From contig JAQGDQ010001450.1 of assembly GCA_030141605.1 (NCBI GenBank), forward strand, positions 1-40,463: 40,463 nt of DNA, read 5' to 3'. The number at the start of each line of letters is the position of its first letter. Within the stretch, counting starts at the first letter, position 1. The position numbers and the translations under genes are program-made. This document shows, piece after piece, positions 26,208 to 37,853 of this stretch. This DNA comes from Tubiluchus corallicola (taxonomy: Eukaryota; Animalia; Priapulida). The notes beneath the pieces are model-generated. The model saw only the letters and a program-made list of their open reading frames with translations. It ran no database searches and was not told the origin of the DNA.

Positions 26208-27200
26208 CAAGATGAAGCATTATAACCTAGTTATAATTTAATGCAATGTTGCTGAAGTTTTGCTATTGTTTTATGCCACTATAATGTTCTCCTGATGATG
26301 CATCTTGTTCACACTGAAACGGTTCATCCTCGCCGATGACGTCATACGTTGTTTTTGTTATGAAGGGATACGTGAAAAGAGGCAGAAGACGCCATATCAC
26401 TGTTACATCAGGTAATAAGGAAGCATCATTGGGGAAAGGTGTGAATTTTCGCAAGACACCAATGGCAGGATCTCATGAAGCAGAGGTATTGGTGCACCAT
26501 GTTTGCCTGGATTCCAGGTGATGTTAGGTCAGGTGCTGTAAGAGAAATTTGCATTGAAGGTACTTAGATTGTCTCAAACATGATGCAAGCCGTTGAATTT
26601 TTCCGTTAAGCCCTCGCCAATCGACGAAAGGATTATTACGTAATTACCAATTAACTAATTAATATTTACCGGTTACTTTCACTTGATTGTATTTGCATCT
26701 CAATTGCTGCTCATAATTAATAGAAGAAACACCATATCGTTACGTGTTGATTTAGAACAAGCGTGTAGTTTATATACGTAAACTACCCAATTTTTTACCT
26801 ATTAACAACCACCAAACTCTTCGTTTTACTTATTTGAATTAAACAGTTTACAGCTTTATTTATTACATTTATATCCTTTTATACAACTCTAGATTCGCGG
26901 ATTAAAATTAGTTTGAAAAATGAATGAAATATTACGTTGTAAGTTATTAAGCAAAATTTAAAAGTAGATGAATACTTTTTAAACACTCAGAATTCATCAC
27001 AACCCAACATTTTTCAAGTATTTGTGTTCAGAACAAAAATCCAAGTACATTATTTTGAATAAAAAGTTCAAAAGCATTTAGCACAAACAATCCTGAATCA
27101 TAAGCCTTCTTCACATCGGTGTCTTGTCAGCTCTGTTTCCACTCGTCTCCGTGGAAGGGGGTCCGTAACAGTCCGTTTTGAAGACGTTATGTTCACATAA

Positions 27201-27371
27201 TTACGACCATAGATCCGTTCTACCGTAAATGTTTAATTTTGACAGCAAACGCGGTAAATAGAAACGAGATTTGGGCTTCTCTCGTGGAGGTGTGTGTTTA
27301 ACCCTATCGTATAGTCCAGTGAACTGGAGATACCTATCCAATGTGGAGAGGTCCAGAGCTCGAGTGGAAGC
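27201..27371 (-). CDS. Putative exon 3 (last) of the sCAP-precursor-like secreted protein
   Basis: ttttctctttttttag acceptor, phase 0; ASTRALDLSTLDRYLQFTGLYDRVKHTPPREKPKSRFYLPRLLSKLNIYGRTDLWS*; linkage across a 7.7-kb intron is inferred. Confidence 0.6.
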   Translation of the reverse strand, partial: ASTRALDLSTLDRYLQFTGLYDRVKHTPPREKPKSRFYLPRLLSKLNIYGRTDLWS

Positions 27372-28628
27372 CTAAAAAAGAGAAAAATATATTCGTTATT
27401 CAGTGATAATGTAAAAGTATGCAATTAAAAGCAGTTTATATTCTCTGTGACACGATCATGATCGGGAGAAATTAACAATGAAAGCCTATATAAGCCATAT
27501 AAGGACTATTTTTGTCTCATAATAGATATAAATATGCTCCCTTATTATTCCAAGTACCATAATAAGGAGTAATGGCATGGCAAAATGCTGACGAAAGCCA
27601 AAAAAAATTGAAGGAGATAAAGATGGGAGCTTTGATTGCGTCTAGATTATTAGTGTGGCGTTGTTAATGACTTTGAAAGACTTGATGCTGAATCGATTAG
27701 CGCATGTGTGCGACATTAAAAGGTTCTGGGTTCAATTCGCTTTCTCTGACCGTTTAAACGATCACATTTACACCTTAAGAACCTATTAAACGAAGGGGTG
27801 TCAAGTAGGCCCTATAACTGCGTAAGTTAAGTACTAAACTTCACTTTATTGAGTAACCAAAGTTAATTCACCTTACGTATTGAACCTATAATTGCAATTA
27901 TTATCACGCTACAGTTGAAATCATATCTTGTGGGTGCCTCTTATCTCGGTTTGCTTTTTCAGGTGTTTTCCCAACTTGTAAGAAGCACAACCTTTTTATT
28001 ACTTTTTTGGCTGAGTAGATTGCCGTCTTATTTCATGTTATATCTATAATTTTGCTCTCTTCTAATTTTTCGGTAACAGCTTTAGTTTTCTCTTAGTCCT
28101 ACTGTATTCTGATTAGGACTGCCGAAAGCTTCAATAAATTAGAACTATAGACCATTTATAGTGACGTCTTTTCCTTTGGTGGCATTAACTTGGCAATTGT
28201 TTTGCATACAGTTACTATGATTACAGGTGCACGTGTGCATTGATTTCTTTTGATCTTTTTCTGCGATTCTACTGTGTCAATTTAGGCGGTGCGTTTATCT
28301 GTGAGTCATTTGCGTTAAGCGTAAAGGTGTCGTGGAAATTCATAGTTCATACACGTACAGGCGCCATGTTGCGCGTAAATGAAGTGATAAACTAAACATA
28401 AGAGATGTCAAGATTTGACAGCTCTTTACTCTCTGCTGCCCGTTTCAACACATATAAGACACTTCAATAAGACAGGCATAAGTTTAAAGGATAAGATTAT
28501 AATGGATTTTCACTATTAATAAACAAATGCAGCGAATTTGTATACCACGTACATTTTAATGTTGCAGTAAAGAGAATTTACTTGTGATATTTCATGTAGG
28601 TGTCGCGCACACGCACCGCTGCCTAAAC

Positions 28629-30230
28629 TTAGATTTAGATAATTTTATTGTCACAACACATCGCTCATTTTCAGAACACAGCACATCACATGAAATCATT
28701 TAGATTCAAAATGTTATGAATGTTGTGGGGTGAAGGGAGGTGCCCAGCTTTACAGTCCTTCATGCAAGTGAGGAGCTAAATCATATTAATAAACATTAAC
28801 ATAAATTAAAAGGCTTATGTAGGTTTACATGACTTCACAAAGCCTACAAGCAACCAAAAGTAGTCTTGCCAAAACAGGCATTAACAGTGACTTCTAAATA
28901 CGCAATAAGCTAAGTAAGTGCATTTAGAAATGACAACATCTGATGAACTAAGAGTCAACCATAAGAGAATCTTTCAGCAAAAGATCCAAATTGCTTACAA
29001 TACAAATCAAATTTACAAATGCATATCTCGACAGTAGGATCTGCATGACACGTTTTTTATAGTGACTAAAGCTAGAAAATTAAGTTCAGTAGGAATATCT
29101 GTCCATAATTTGATACAATCATGTTTAGCAGCATGTTGAACTAACTGATATTGTGCTGAGGCATGTAATAACTGCTAACTGCATGTCTTGTTTGATGTAT
29201 ATTAGAGACTAAAGTAAAGAATTACTAAATACCGGTGTTAATAAGTTATGGTGGTATTTGTGTATGAGTAAAAGACAAATAAGGTCATAAAGTTTTTTTT
29301 ACTTTGAAGGTATTAGCAGTTTTATATGTATGAGTGGTATTATGATCATATGGGAGAAAGTGAATCATCTTCTGGATTTTGTTTTATGTTGTCTGTAGTT
29401 CAGTGAGATTGGGTTTGTAGGATCCACCCCCTGCCATTATACCACATGTTAAGCACGGGTAAACTAACTTTGTGTTTTACAATGATAATATGAAATTTCC
29501 ACGATAAATGTTAATTGATATATATTCCTGATACTTCACATATTCTTTTTGTTGAATTTTTGAATCATTTAGTAGAACTTTAAATTTTTAGGAATAAAGA
29601 TATAATTTGATTTGTTTTTATTCAAGGAAAGTTTATTTGCTGTAAGCCATTCAGTTACATTTATTAGTTCCTCGTTTGTTTGCATTTCAAGGTTAGTTAC
29701 ATTTGCAAGAAAAATATTAGTATCATTGGCAAATAATCCAAGGATTAATTTTTTACTGCAAAGAGGGAGATCATTAATGTATAAAAGAAAAAGCAATGGT
29801 CCGAGGGTTGATCCCTGCGGTACTCCATATGTAATGAAATATTTTTGATGCCGTAATAGTAAAGTTGTTCTAAGAGAATTTGATGGTGCACTGTGTCAAA
29901 TGCTTTCAACAGATCGATAAAATTTAGTAACTCACGTGTAGTGTGCTGACCATCAATTAATTTTAGTTAATTTGTCAGATATTTCTAGGAGGAAGAACTT
30001 GTATATTTAAACTCCCTCACTGACTACTTGATGCAACTATTTTAATGATTGGTTGTCTGTTAAGAAATAGAAGCAAATTTTGATAAAACATTTGCATTTT
30101 GTAAACAATGTAGGCAAAAACTAACAGCACGCAGATCAGTGGCCCAGTAAAAATAAATTAAGCCATTAATAGGCATTTTTACTGAGTTGCTGATACATGC
30201 TGGAATTGTATAGCTTCCATGTATAGCTTC
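28629..30230 (-). mobile_element. Degenerate 5'-truncated LINE (CR1/L2 group) reverse transcriptase
   Basis: DLLKAFDTVHH (~29885-29917), GVPQGSTLGP, YINDLP, FANDT (decayed YADD), WLTANKLSLN, WTDIP; frameshifts; AATAAA plus ATCTAA-like tail near 28630-28650; 5' limit approximate. Confidence 0.9.
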
Positions 30231-30596
30231 TTCGCCAATGACTTGATTTATTAAAATTATTTTTTTTTCTTTTTTCCCGAGTGTGGTTAAAGTTTATTTT
30301 GTGATTTCTTTCAAAACATTTGCGTTACTGCTTACGAAACTCGATTACTAAGTTGTGCCCTGGCGTTTAGCATCACATGTTTCTTTCCTCTATTTTGCTC
30401 CCTTCGTTTTTCTTCACTCGTTTGTTCCTCTTCTCAAATTTTTCTTCATCTACATGCACATTGCACAAGATGCTGTTAACATAGAAATACTTATTTCTTA
30501 TTTCTTGAACACCCTGCCGTACTTCTACTTTGCTCAGTACATAATTTATAATTTGATACTGTACTGAATAAGCTACTGTAGTATATATATATTTAC

Positions 30597-30662
30597 AAAT
30601 TTACAAAGACTACTTAGGAAATATATATATATATATATTTCCTAAGTAGTCTTTGTAAATTT
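30597..30662. repeat. Perfect 66-bp palindrome centred on (AT)9
   Basis: AAATTTACAAAGACTACTTAGGAA(AT)9TTCCTAAGTAGTCTTTGTAAATTT. Confidence 0.95.
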
Positions 30663-31338
30663 ATGTAAGTAAAATAAATTAATAAATAAATAAATCGCAT
30701 CATTTCCCTTTAATGTGTATTAACAGCCAAGATTTCCATCAATAAATGTTGTTTTTTGCACAGGTAAATTTTGCATTAAAACGTTTGGTATTTGGTCGTT
30801 CTGAAACACTTTGAAACGTTTTGATAAAAACTATTATAAATTTAATATTTAATTTATAGACGATAATTCCCAATATCCAATGAAATTGTTTGGGTTTACA
30901 CAATCACAATTACTATTGCATGCTTGAGTAGGTGCACTCTTCTAATAACGCGATACATTATTTATCTAATCACGAATCAAGTATAATTCTACTATGACAT
31001 ACATTATCCAGAATGAGCGCCATTATTACTGATACGTTTTCATGACTGTCCAGGGTGTCCACTTCAGAACAATGCAGCATAGTTGACGAATCCATTCTAA
31101 TAGATTAACTCATGCAGTTGAATTGCGTTTCTGATCTTGACAATACGGAGGTTGTTGACATAAGCGCGTTGGCAATTAATTAATAACTAAATAGATAGAT
31201 AGATTCGTTACTATGTTATTATTTCTTCTTGTAGTAAAATGACGTCTTACAAAATAGTGAAAATATCATAAAAACACCTACTTTTGGGAGTCTGTTTGAT
31301 TTATGCTATGCCAGCACAACTTCTTAGTCAATACGAAT

Positions 31339-31549
31339 CCAGCCAAAAAAGTCACAGGAAAAACTAACAGGAAAAAAAGAGATAACCCTAAACCCTAACC
31401 CTAATCCTAACCTGAACCCTAACCATAACCACTTAATCCTAACCCTGACCATTAACTTTTGCCTTGACACTAAACCTAACCAAAATTAATTTTGATTTTT
31501 TCCTAGGCAAAATTGCGAGTTCTTTTCTGTGACTTGATGACTGGTCACC
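31339..31549. mobile_element. Short Helentron/HINE-like element carrying degenerate (CCCTAA)n
   Basis: AAGTCACAG (31349-31357) and CTGTGACTT (31527-31535) inverted pair around telomere-like repeats at ~31384-31482. Confidence 0.5.
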
Positions 31550-31876
31550 TACTGTCTAACTGGTTTCTCAATGATAAGTCATTTTTACATGTCAGTTAAA
31601 CTAAATGTATAATTTTTATTTACGACTAAAATATAATACACATGTTCCATAAAATCTAAATGTCAGGATTGATAATGCTAACATTGATACAGTAAAAAAC
31701 AAAATTTTGTGTATAATCCTGCAAAGGGTAGTTGCAGGACTTTTGAAAAAACACGATTTGCATGAAAGACAGTTGCCTAAGAATATCAAAACGTCTAAGA
31801 CTTTATATCTAGCAGTATTAAATTTAAGATCTTACGTAATTCGTCATTTTTCCTTACTTTAAAAACCATAGTTCCA

Positions 31877-33489
31877 TTATCTAGGGAAAACATCCGTTGC
31901 AAAATTATCTAATTTGTTTACATATAAAAGACTGTGTAAATATTGCGGTGGCAAGACCAAAGTAAGTAACCATAATAGGAACAAAAACAGTGGAAAATTG
32001 TTGTCATCGATGATATAGAAAGCAAGCAAGTCCAGCTGTTTAGTTGTTCCAATTTCATCAATAATGAAAACGCCGAAAGATGCAAGAAGCAGAATGGCTA
32101 ACGCGAAAGTTCGATGCTCGCAAATGGTCAACAAGTGAATCAGAGCTAAAACGGCTGAAAAAGCAACTTGCAAAGACACTGATCTGACCACTGTCCACTT
32201 ATGGATGTGAAGCGTGGCTTTTGTTTGAAAAAAACCGAAAACAGAGTAAAATACAGCAGAAATCAACAAAAGACAGGCCAGACATCTTGGGGAGGCTGCA
32301 CTTTGGAACGACACTTGATTTTGTTAGAAGGAGAAAGAAGCAATGTTGAAATCGGAGAATTAAAACAGAATAAACTATATTAAGGAAATCGAAAAATTTG
32401 CTGGGCGCATGGTCCGGAGACGGATTTTCTACGGCTCAAATTTGGTAAAGCTTCCAGCTAATGGCATTAGCTCGGGTTTCAAGCAACTTGAATTACTGTT
32501 ACTTCTTCAGTGACAAACTAATTCTTTCAGGACCTAACCAGTCAAAATAAGACCCATGACTGGTCTGCTACTGAATGAGCACAGACATAAATAAATGATT
32601 ACAAAAGTGCTGTTCTATTCAAGAGAATTTCGACTATCCAATCATGCTATTTGTTTAAGCATCTATAAGTGATTTCATTGGTTAAGTGATCTCGAATACA
32701 CCTTTTTAGGCACTCCAACGTAACCTATCGAGTATCTTAGTCTGGTGTACACTACTTTTTTGATCGCATCAGCCGATCAGCTACGGACAAATTAAAGTCA
32801 TCTCATCTCTTAGCAGGAATTTCTCCTTGAAAATAGAGTATACTTGAGGCCAAAGTGCATCAGAGCGTTGTGTCAAGAAGTTGAAAATTTGTGTATTAGC
32901 CGATTTCACACAAGTGATATTGTACATTGCAACTTGGGAAACACTGCAGTAACTGAAAGTTGTTTCATTTTTTCATCAAAAATCGATTTTTAATTTGTCT
33001 AAGGCAAGCAATAGCATTTCACATACAATCTTGCATGAAAGCCGAATGAGTGAGAAACCTACAAAAATGAACTATAATGTGATCGTGCTTAGGAGAGCAG
33101 TTTTTTATGAACAAATGAAGCTCTACTACTTTCGCTATCGTCATACATTGTGAAGAAGCGAAATTAAATTATTCTCACTGAGAGCAGCAGTCGCTCTCAT
33201 GTTTTCTTTTCTGTTTGTGTGAAAGAAGTCATGTTCACTTGCGTGTTATTGCATGAGAAACTGATTGGTGATAGGTGCTGTGTTATTACTTGAGAAACTT
33301 ATTACTTGTGAACATGACCTTAATTGTGTCGAAACGTTGCAGATGTTGTGTCTGAATAAAAGTAGTGTCTTTGCTTAATTGGGTGTCGGCTGTTAATTGC
33401 TTGTGTCTGAATAAAAGTAATGTCTTTGCTTAATTGGGTGTCGGCTGTTAATTGCTTGTGTCTGAATAAAAGTAGTGTCTTTGCTTAAG
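31877..33489 (+). repeat. Left arm of large inverted duplication (outer limit set by the window end)
   Basis: Reverse complement of 38842-40463 with scattered substitutions and small indels; paired ORFs 31877-32314 / 40026-40463 differ at 5 of 145 aa. Confidence 0.97.
31890..32450 (+). mobile_element. Decayed RTE-type LINE RT relic inside the duplicated arm (mirror copy ~39890-40450 on minus)
   Basis: LKKQLAKTLI*PLSTYGCEAWLL resembles the post-RT motif LxxxLVWPxxxYGCExW; upstream KTKV; stops and frameshifts; limits approximate. Confidence 0.65.
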
Positions 33490-35071
33490 TGGGCGCTGGC
33501 TGTTGATTGCTTGTGTCTGAATAAAAGTAATGTCTTCCCTTAAGTGGGTGCTGGCTGTTAATTGCTTGTGTCTGAATAAAAGTAATGTCTTTGCTTAAGT
33601 GGGTGCCGGCTGTTAATTGCTTGTGTCTGAATAAAAGTAATGTCTTTGCTTAAGTGGGTGCTGGCTGTTAATTACTTGTGTCAGAATAAAAGTAATGTCT
33701 TTGCTTAAGTGGGTGCTGACTGTTAATTGCTTGTGTCTGAATAAAAGTAATGTCTTTGCTTAAGTGGGTGCGGGCTGTTAATTGCTTGTGTCTGAATAAA
33801 AGTAATGTCTTTGCTTAAGTGGGTGCTGGCTGTTAATTGCTTGTCTGAATAAAAGTAATGTCTTTGCTTAAGTGGGTGCTGGCTGTTAATTGCTTGTGTC
33901 TGAATAAAAGTAATGTCTTTGCTTAAGTGGGCGCTGGCTGTCAATTGTTTGCGTCTGAATAAAAGTAATGTCTTTGCTTTTAAGTGTGTGCTGGCTGTTA
34001 ATTGCTTGTGTCTGAATAAAAGCAACGTCTTTGCTTAAGTGTGTGCTGGCTGTTAATTGCTTGTGTCTGAATAAAAGTAATGTCTTTCCTTAAGTGGGTG
34101 CTGGCTGTTAATTGCTTGTGTCTGAATAAAAGTAATGTCTTCTTAAGTGGGTGCAGGCTGTTAATTGCTTGTGTCTGAATAAAAGTAATGTCTTTGCTTA
34201 AGTGGGTGCTGGCTGTTAATTGCTCGTCTGAATAAAAGTAATGTCTTTGCTTAAGTGGGTGCTGGCTGTTAATTGCTTGTGTCTGAATAAAAGTAATGTC
34301 TTTGCTTAAGTGGGTGCTGGCTGTTAATTGCTTGTCTGAATAAAAGTAATGTCTTTGCTTAAGTGGGTGCTGGCTGTTAATTGCTTGTGTCTGAATAAAA
34401 GTAATGTCTTTGCTTAAGTGGGTGCTGGCTGTTAATTCTTGTGTCTGAATAAAAGTAATGTCTTTGCTTTTAAGTGTGTGCTGGCTGTTAATTGCTTGTG
34501 TCTGAATAAAAGCAACGTCTTTGCTTAAGTGTGTGCTGGCTGTTAATTGCTTGTGTCTGAATAAAAATAATGTCTTTCCTTAAGTGGGTGCTGGCTGTTA
34601 ATTGCTTGTGTCTGAATAAAAGTAATGTCTTTTCTTAAGTGGGTGCTGGCTGTTAATTGCTTGTGTCTGAATAAAAGTAGTGTCTTTCCTTAAGTGGGTG
34701 CTGGCTGTTCATTGCTTGTGTCTGAATAAAAGTAATGTCTTTCCTTAAGTGGGTGCTGGCTGTTAATTGCTTGTGTCTGAATAAAAGCAATGTCTTTGCT
34801 TAAGTGGGTGCCGGCTGTTAATTGCTTGTGTCTGAATAAAAGTAATGTCTTTCCTTAAGTGGGTGCTGGCTGTTAATTGGTTGTGTCTGAATAAAAGCAA
34901 TGTCTTTGCTTAAGTGGGTGCCGGCTTGTGTCTGAATAAAAGTAGATTCTTTCCTTAAGTGGGTGCTGGCTGTTCATTGCTTGTGTCTGAATAAAAGTAA
35001 TGTCTTTGCTTAAGTGGGTGCTGGCTGTTAATTGCTTGTGTCTGAATAAAAGTAATGTCTTTCCTTAAGTG
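33348..35071. repeat. 55-bp satellite, ~31 copies
   Basis: Unit GTGTCTGAATAAAAGTAATGTCTTTGCTTAAGTGGGTGCTGGCTGTTAATTGCTT. Confidence 0.98.
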
Positions 35072-35104
35072 GACGCTTGATTATGTTGAGGTTAAAATAC
35101 TTAC

Positions 35105-35287
35105 AAAGCTTCGACTGCACTTAACAATGTTGGTTCCATCAAACTTCCTCATCAGAGTCTCTTGAAGTCCTTCGCAGCAAGGATATGGACATATCTGAAG
35201 ACCGTCTCTCTGCTTCGTTCCAAACGGACAACATTCTGGACTCGAATCAACGGAGTCTGTGTAAAAATATGGATTTACCTTGGCTTC
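35105..35287 (-). CDS. Exon 2 of sCAP-precursor-like secreted protein (six-Cys domain)
   Basis: ctaat..tttatcccatatttacag acceptor, gtaagt donor, 183 nt phase 0/0: EAKVNPYFYTDSVDSSPECCPFGTKQRDGLQICPYPCCEGLQETLMRKFDGTNIVKCSRSF; alternative in-frame acceptor at 35347. Confidence 0.78.
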
Positions 35288-36075
35288 CTGTAAATATGGG
35301 ATAAATGTGGTAATTAGCTTCTTGTGCAATCTGCAATCTGCAGAAATCTGCAAAAGCTTTTCCTATTAAGATGCCGAAACCATTGGGTAGAGGAACCAGA
35401 CCAAATCAATGAGCCACGTGATGGGAGGAGGTACCATTCGAAAGACTCGCTTTGATGCTGCATCGCCCAAATGTGCTATCAACTTGCATTTACGGTTTAA
35501 CGTACTACTAATAAAGAAGCTACCCAACCGCGGGATTGATCAACACTCATAATCAATAATACGTGCCCTCTCCACGTAGTGTCGTGCTGTGGAGGATAAT
35601 TCTTGACAATGATTTTATTGCCACAATGTTCGCTGCAATGCCACCCTGACGTTGAATGCTGTGTGTCTTTTTGCATAAGAAAGGTCTAGTATTAGTGTTG
35701 ATGCTTGTGGCAGTACCGGGAGTTTGATAGTTATGAAAAATTGTTCTCTGATAGACGACGATTACAAATCTCAGCAGGTGAAGTAGCTGTCACACTGTTA
35801 TCAGTGTGGATTAGCATGGATCCATGTATAGTGTATTCAGTAGTTCTTGGTATAGTAGACGAAACCGCCCTTAACCAACTTTCACAGCGGTCGCTCATCC
35901 ATTTACCCATTAAGCTTAGTGCTGTTAACTTTACACTCGGGATTTTCCCCATTAACATTCGGGAATTTCTTGCTTTAAAGCGGCAGGCTAAACTCGAGAC
36001 AAACAAGACATTTTTTGATACTTTATAGGTTTACAGTTAAAATTCATACTTAGAAAATAAAACAAATTCACTTAC

Positions 36076-36135
36076 AATCTTAATGATCTGGAAGACAGTC
36101 CAAATGGCTGCAGTTAAACAAAGGCAACTGTTCAT
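36076..36135 (-). CDS. Exon 1 (signal peptide) of sCAP-precursor-like protein
   Basis: ATG 36135, MNSCLCLTAAIWTVFQIIKI, gtaagt donor phase 0; joined to exon 2 gives a plausible I-E-A cleavage site; TATAAA on minus at 36309-36314. Confidence 0.7.
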
Positions 36136-36492
36136 CTCGCTGGTTTAGTCTCTATGCATAAGCTACACTTGTACGAAAACGTTTTTTTGTATATTTATAT
36201 TTTCTAGAGCGTCGACGATTACACACTACACAGTCTTCACAATAAGATCGTTTTCTTTCGTCGAATTAAGAAAGATCCAGGCCACGCCATTGGTGTTGAA
36301 CTTTATCATTTATAATAGCTTTTCAGTGTGTTTTCTGTGGTTGAGTTCCTCCTGATTTGCACTGCTCAAAACTAGGAAACAGTAGATGTGCTTCTGCGAT
36401 AGAATGGTAAAAAGTCTCTACTAAAAGTAAAAGATTATTCTTGCTGCAAAAAGTACGTCCATACTTCCTTTCATACACCTTTCGTTGTCTTT

Positions 36493-36533
36493 CTTTCTCT
36501 TTCTCTGTCTCGCTCTCTCTGACCCGCACACAC

Positions 36534-36578
<45 letters not shown>

Positions 36579-36698
36579 CACTCTCCACACACTCACTCAC
36601 TCACTCACTCACTCACTCACTCACTCACTCACTCACTCACTCACTCACTCACTCACTCACTCACTCACTCACTCACTCACTCCCTGTCTCTCTCTCTT
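36493..36698. repeat. Compound microsatellite (TC)/(GCAC)/(CA)/(ACTC)n
   Basis: Directly visible. Confidence 0.97.
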
Positions 36699-36823
36699 TT
36701 TGTGCTCTTATTACAATTGTTACTTTCACTTTGCTTTAGTATTGCACTTTGTCGTATTTCCACTTTGAAATACTGTTGCTTTTATTACTTTTTTACTTAT
36801 ATATGCTATATGCTTGGAATGTA

Positions 36824-37853
36824 CAGGGTCATCCAAAAAAAACGTTCCCTGCGAAATCTTTACTAAACGAAAGTTACAAGTAAAAAAGGCATGAGAATTT
36901 AATAGAATAACAAAAATATATGAATTTTGTAAACAAAAAAAATTGAATTGTAAATTTTAAGCTTTACTTTTGCTGAGCTTATTAAAAATATGATGTTTAA
37001 GTAGTACAACATAACTACTAATTAACAGTAATAGTAACATGTGATTTCAATATCAACTTTGTTTTACGGAAGTTCAAAATAAGTAACTCGAAAAATTTTT
37101 CATCGCAAGGGTAAATATAAATATTAGTGTTAAATACATTCAATCACTGAAATGATTATCTAACATTTACTATTCTGATGTAGACAATCTGCATAAATCG
37201 AATGTTCTGACACTTCTATTCTCAACAAAACTGAAATTTAACGTCTCGATGAAAGTTTAATTTTAATGATAATCGTTTAACTGAATCCTACACATGTAAT
37301 AACAATTTTTCACAGCAATGTAGGATAAATATAATATTTTAAGCCAAAATTTGTTGTTTTAAATGAAAAAGAAAACGAGTTTTCGATGTTTGTAGATGTA
37401 TATATATTTAGAATATAGCCTTACTTATCCTGTAAATTTTATCTCAGCGAGTGTATCACGCAAGAAAGATTAAAGACGGTCCTGAACCGAAAATTTTGTT
37501 TTAAATGAAATGAGATGAGACTAATTTAGTTATTCACGAATTCCGTTCTTTCGCTTTACAAAGTGATCGAAATGAAAGGAATGTCAATGAACAATAAACT
37601 AAGTGAAATATCAAAAGCTGAGTTTCTTTTTTATTTAAAGCAATAAATTTTGGAAAACTTCCTTTTCTTTCTTATTTGAACACAATTTTAGACGAATACA
37701 ACATTTTTGAAAATTTCAGCAAAAATATAACAAAACAATTTTTTGCGTATAACACCTATATTCATTGTTATTCTGCTAAATTTTTGATTTTTTTAACTTG
37801 CAATTGTTTATTTTGTTAAGGAATTTGCAGGAAATATTTTTTGGACGAACCTG
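36824..37853. mobile_element. Old non-autonomous Tc1/mariner-type element (1030 bp) with long imperfect TIRs
   Basis: TA|CAGGGTCATCCAAAAAA..CCTGCGAAATC vs GAATTTGCAGG..TTTTTTGGACGAACCTG|TA; inverted similarity continues inward for over 100 bp. Confidence 0.8.

Noticed and set aside
26263-26537. Exon-like minus-strand segment after a tttctcttacag acceptor
   Set aside because: Two frames stop at once, the third is short with no recognisable homology; cannot be tied to a gene
27685-27815. tRNA/SINE-like B box GGTTCAATTC
   Set aside because: No cloverleaf or convincing A box; at most a decayed SINE
31877-32314. Duplicated 145-aa hydrophobic ORF (also 40026-40463) as a membrane protein
   Set aside because: GTG start, antisense to a decayed RTE RT; the two copies match only because of recent duplication
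35731-36006. Minus-strand ORF with two LMGK motifs as a possible amidated-peptide exon
   Set aside because: The nearby acceptor gives phase 1, incompatible with phase-0 exon 1, and the phase-0 frame stops early; revisit if RNA-seq covers it
36323-36866. THSL-repeat and CV/RA-rich ORFs
   Set aside because: Microsatellite translations
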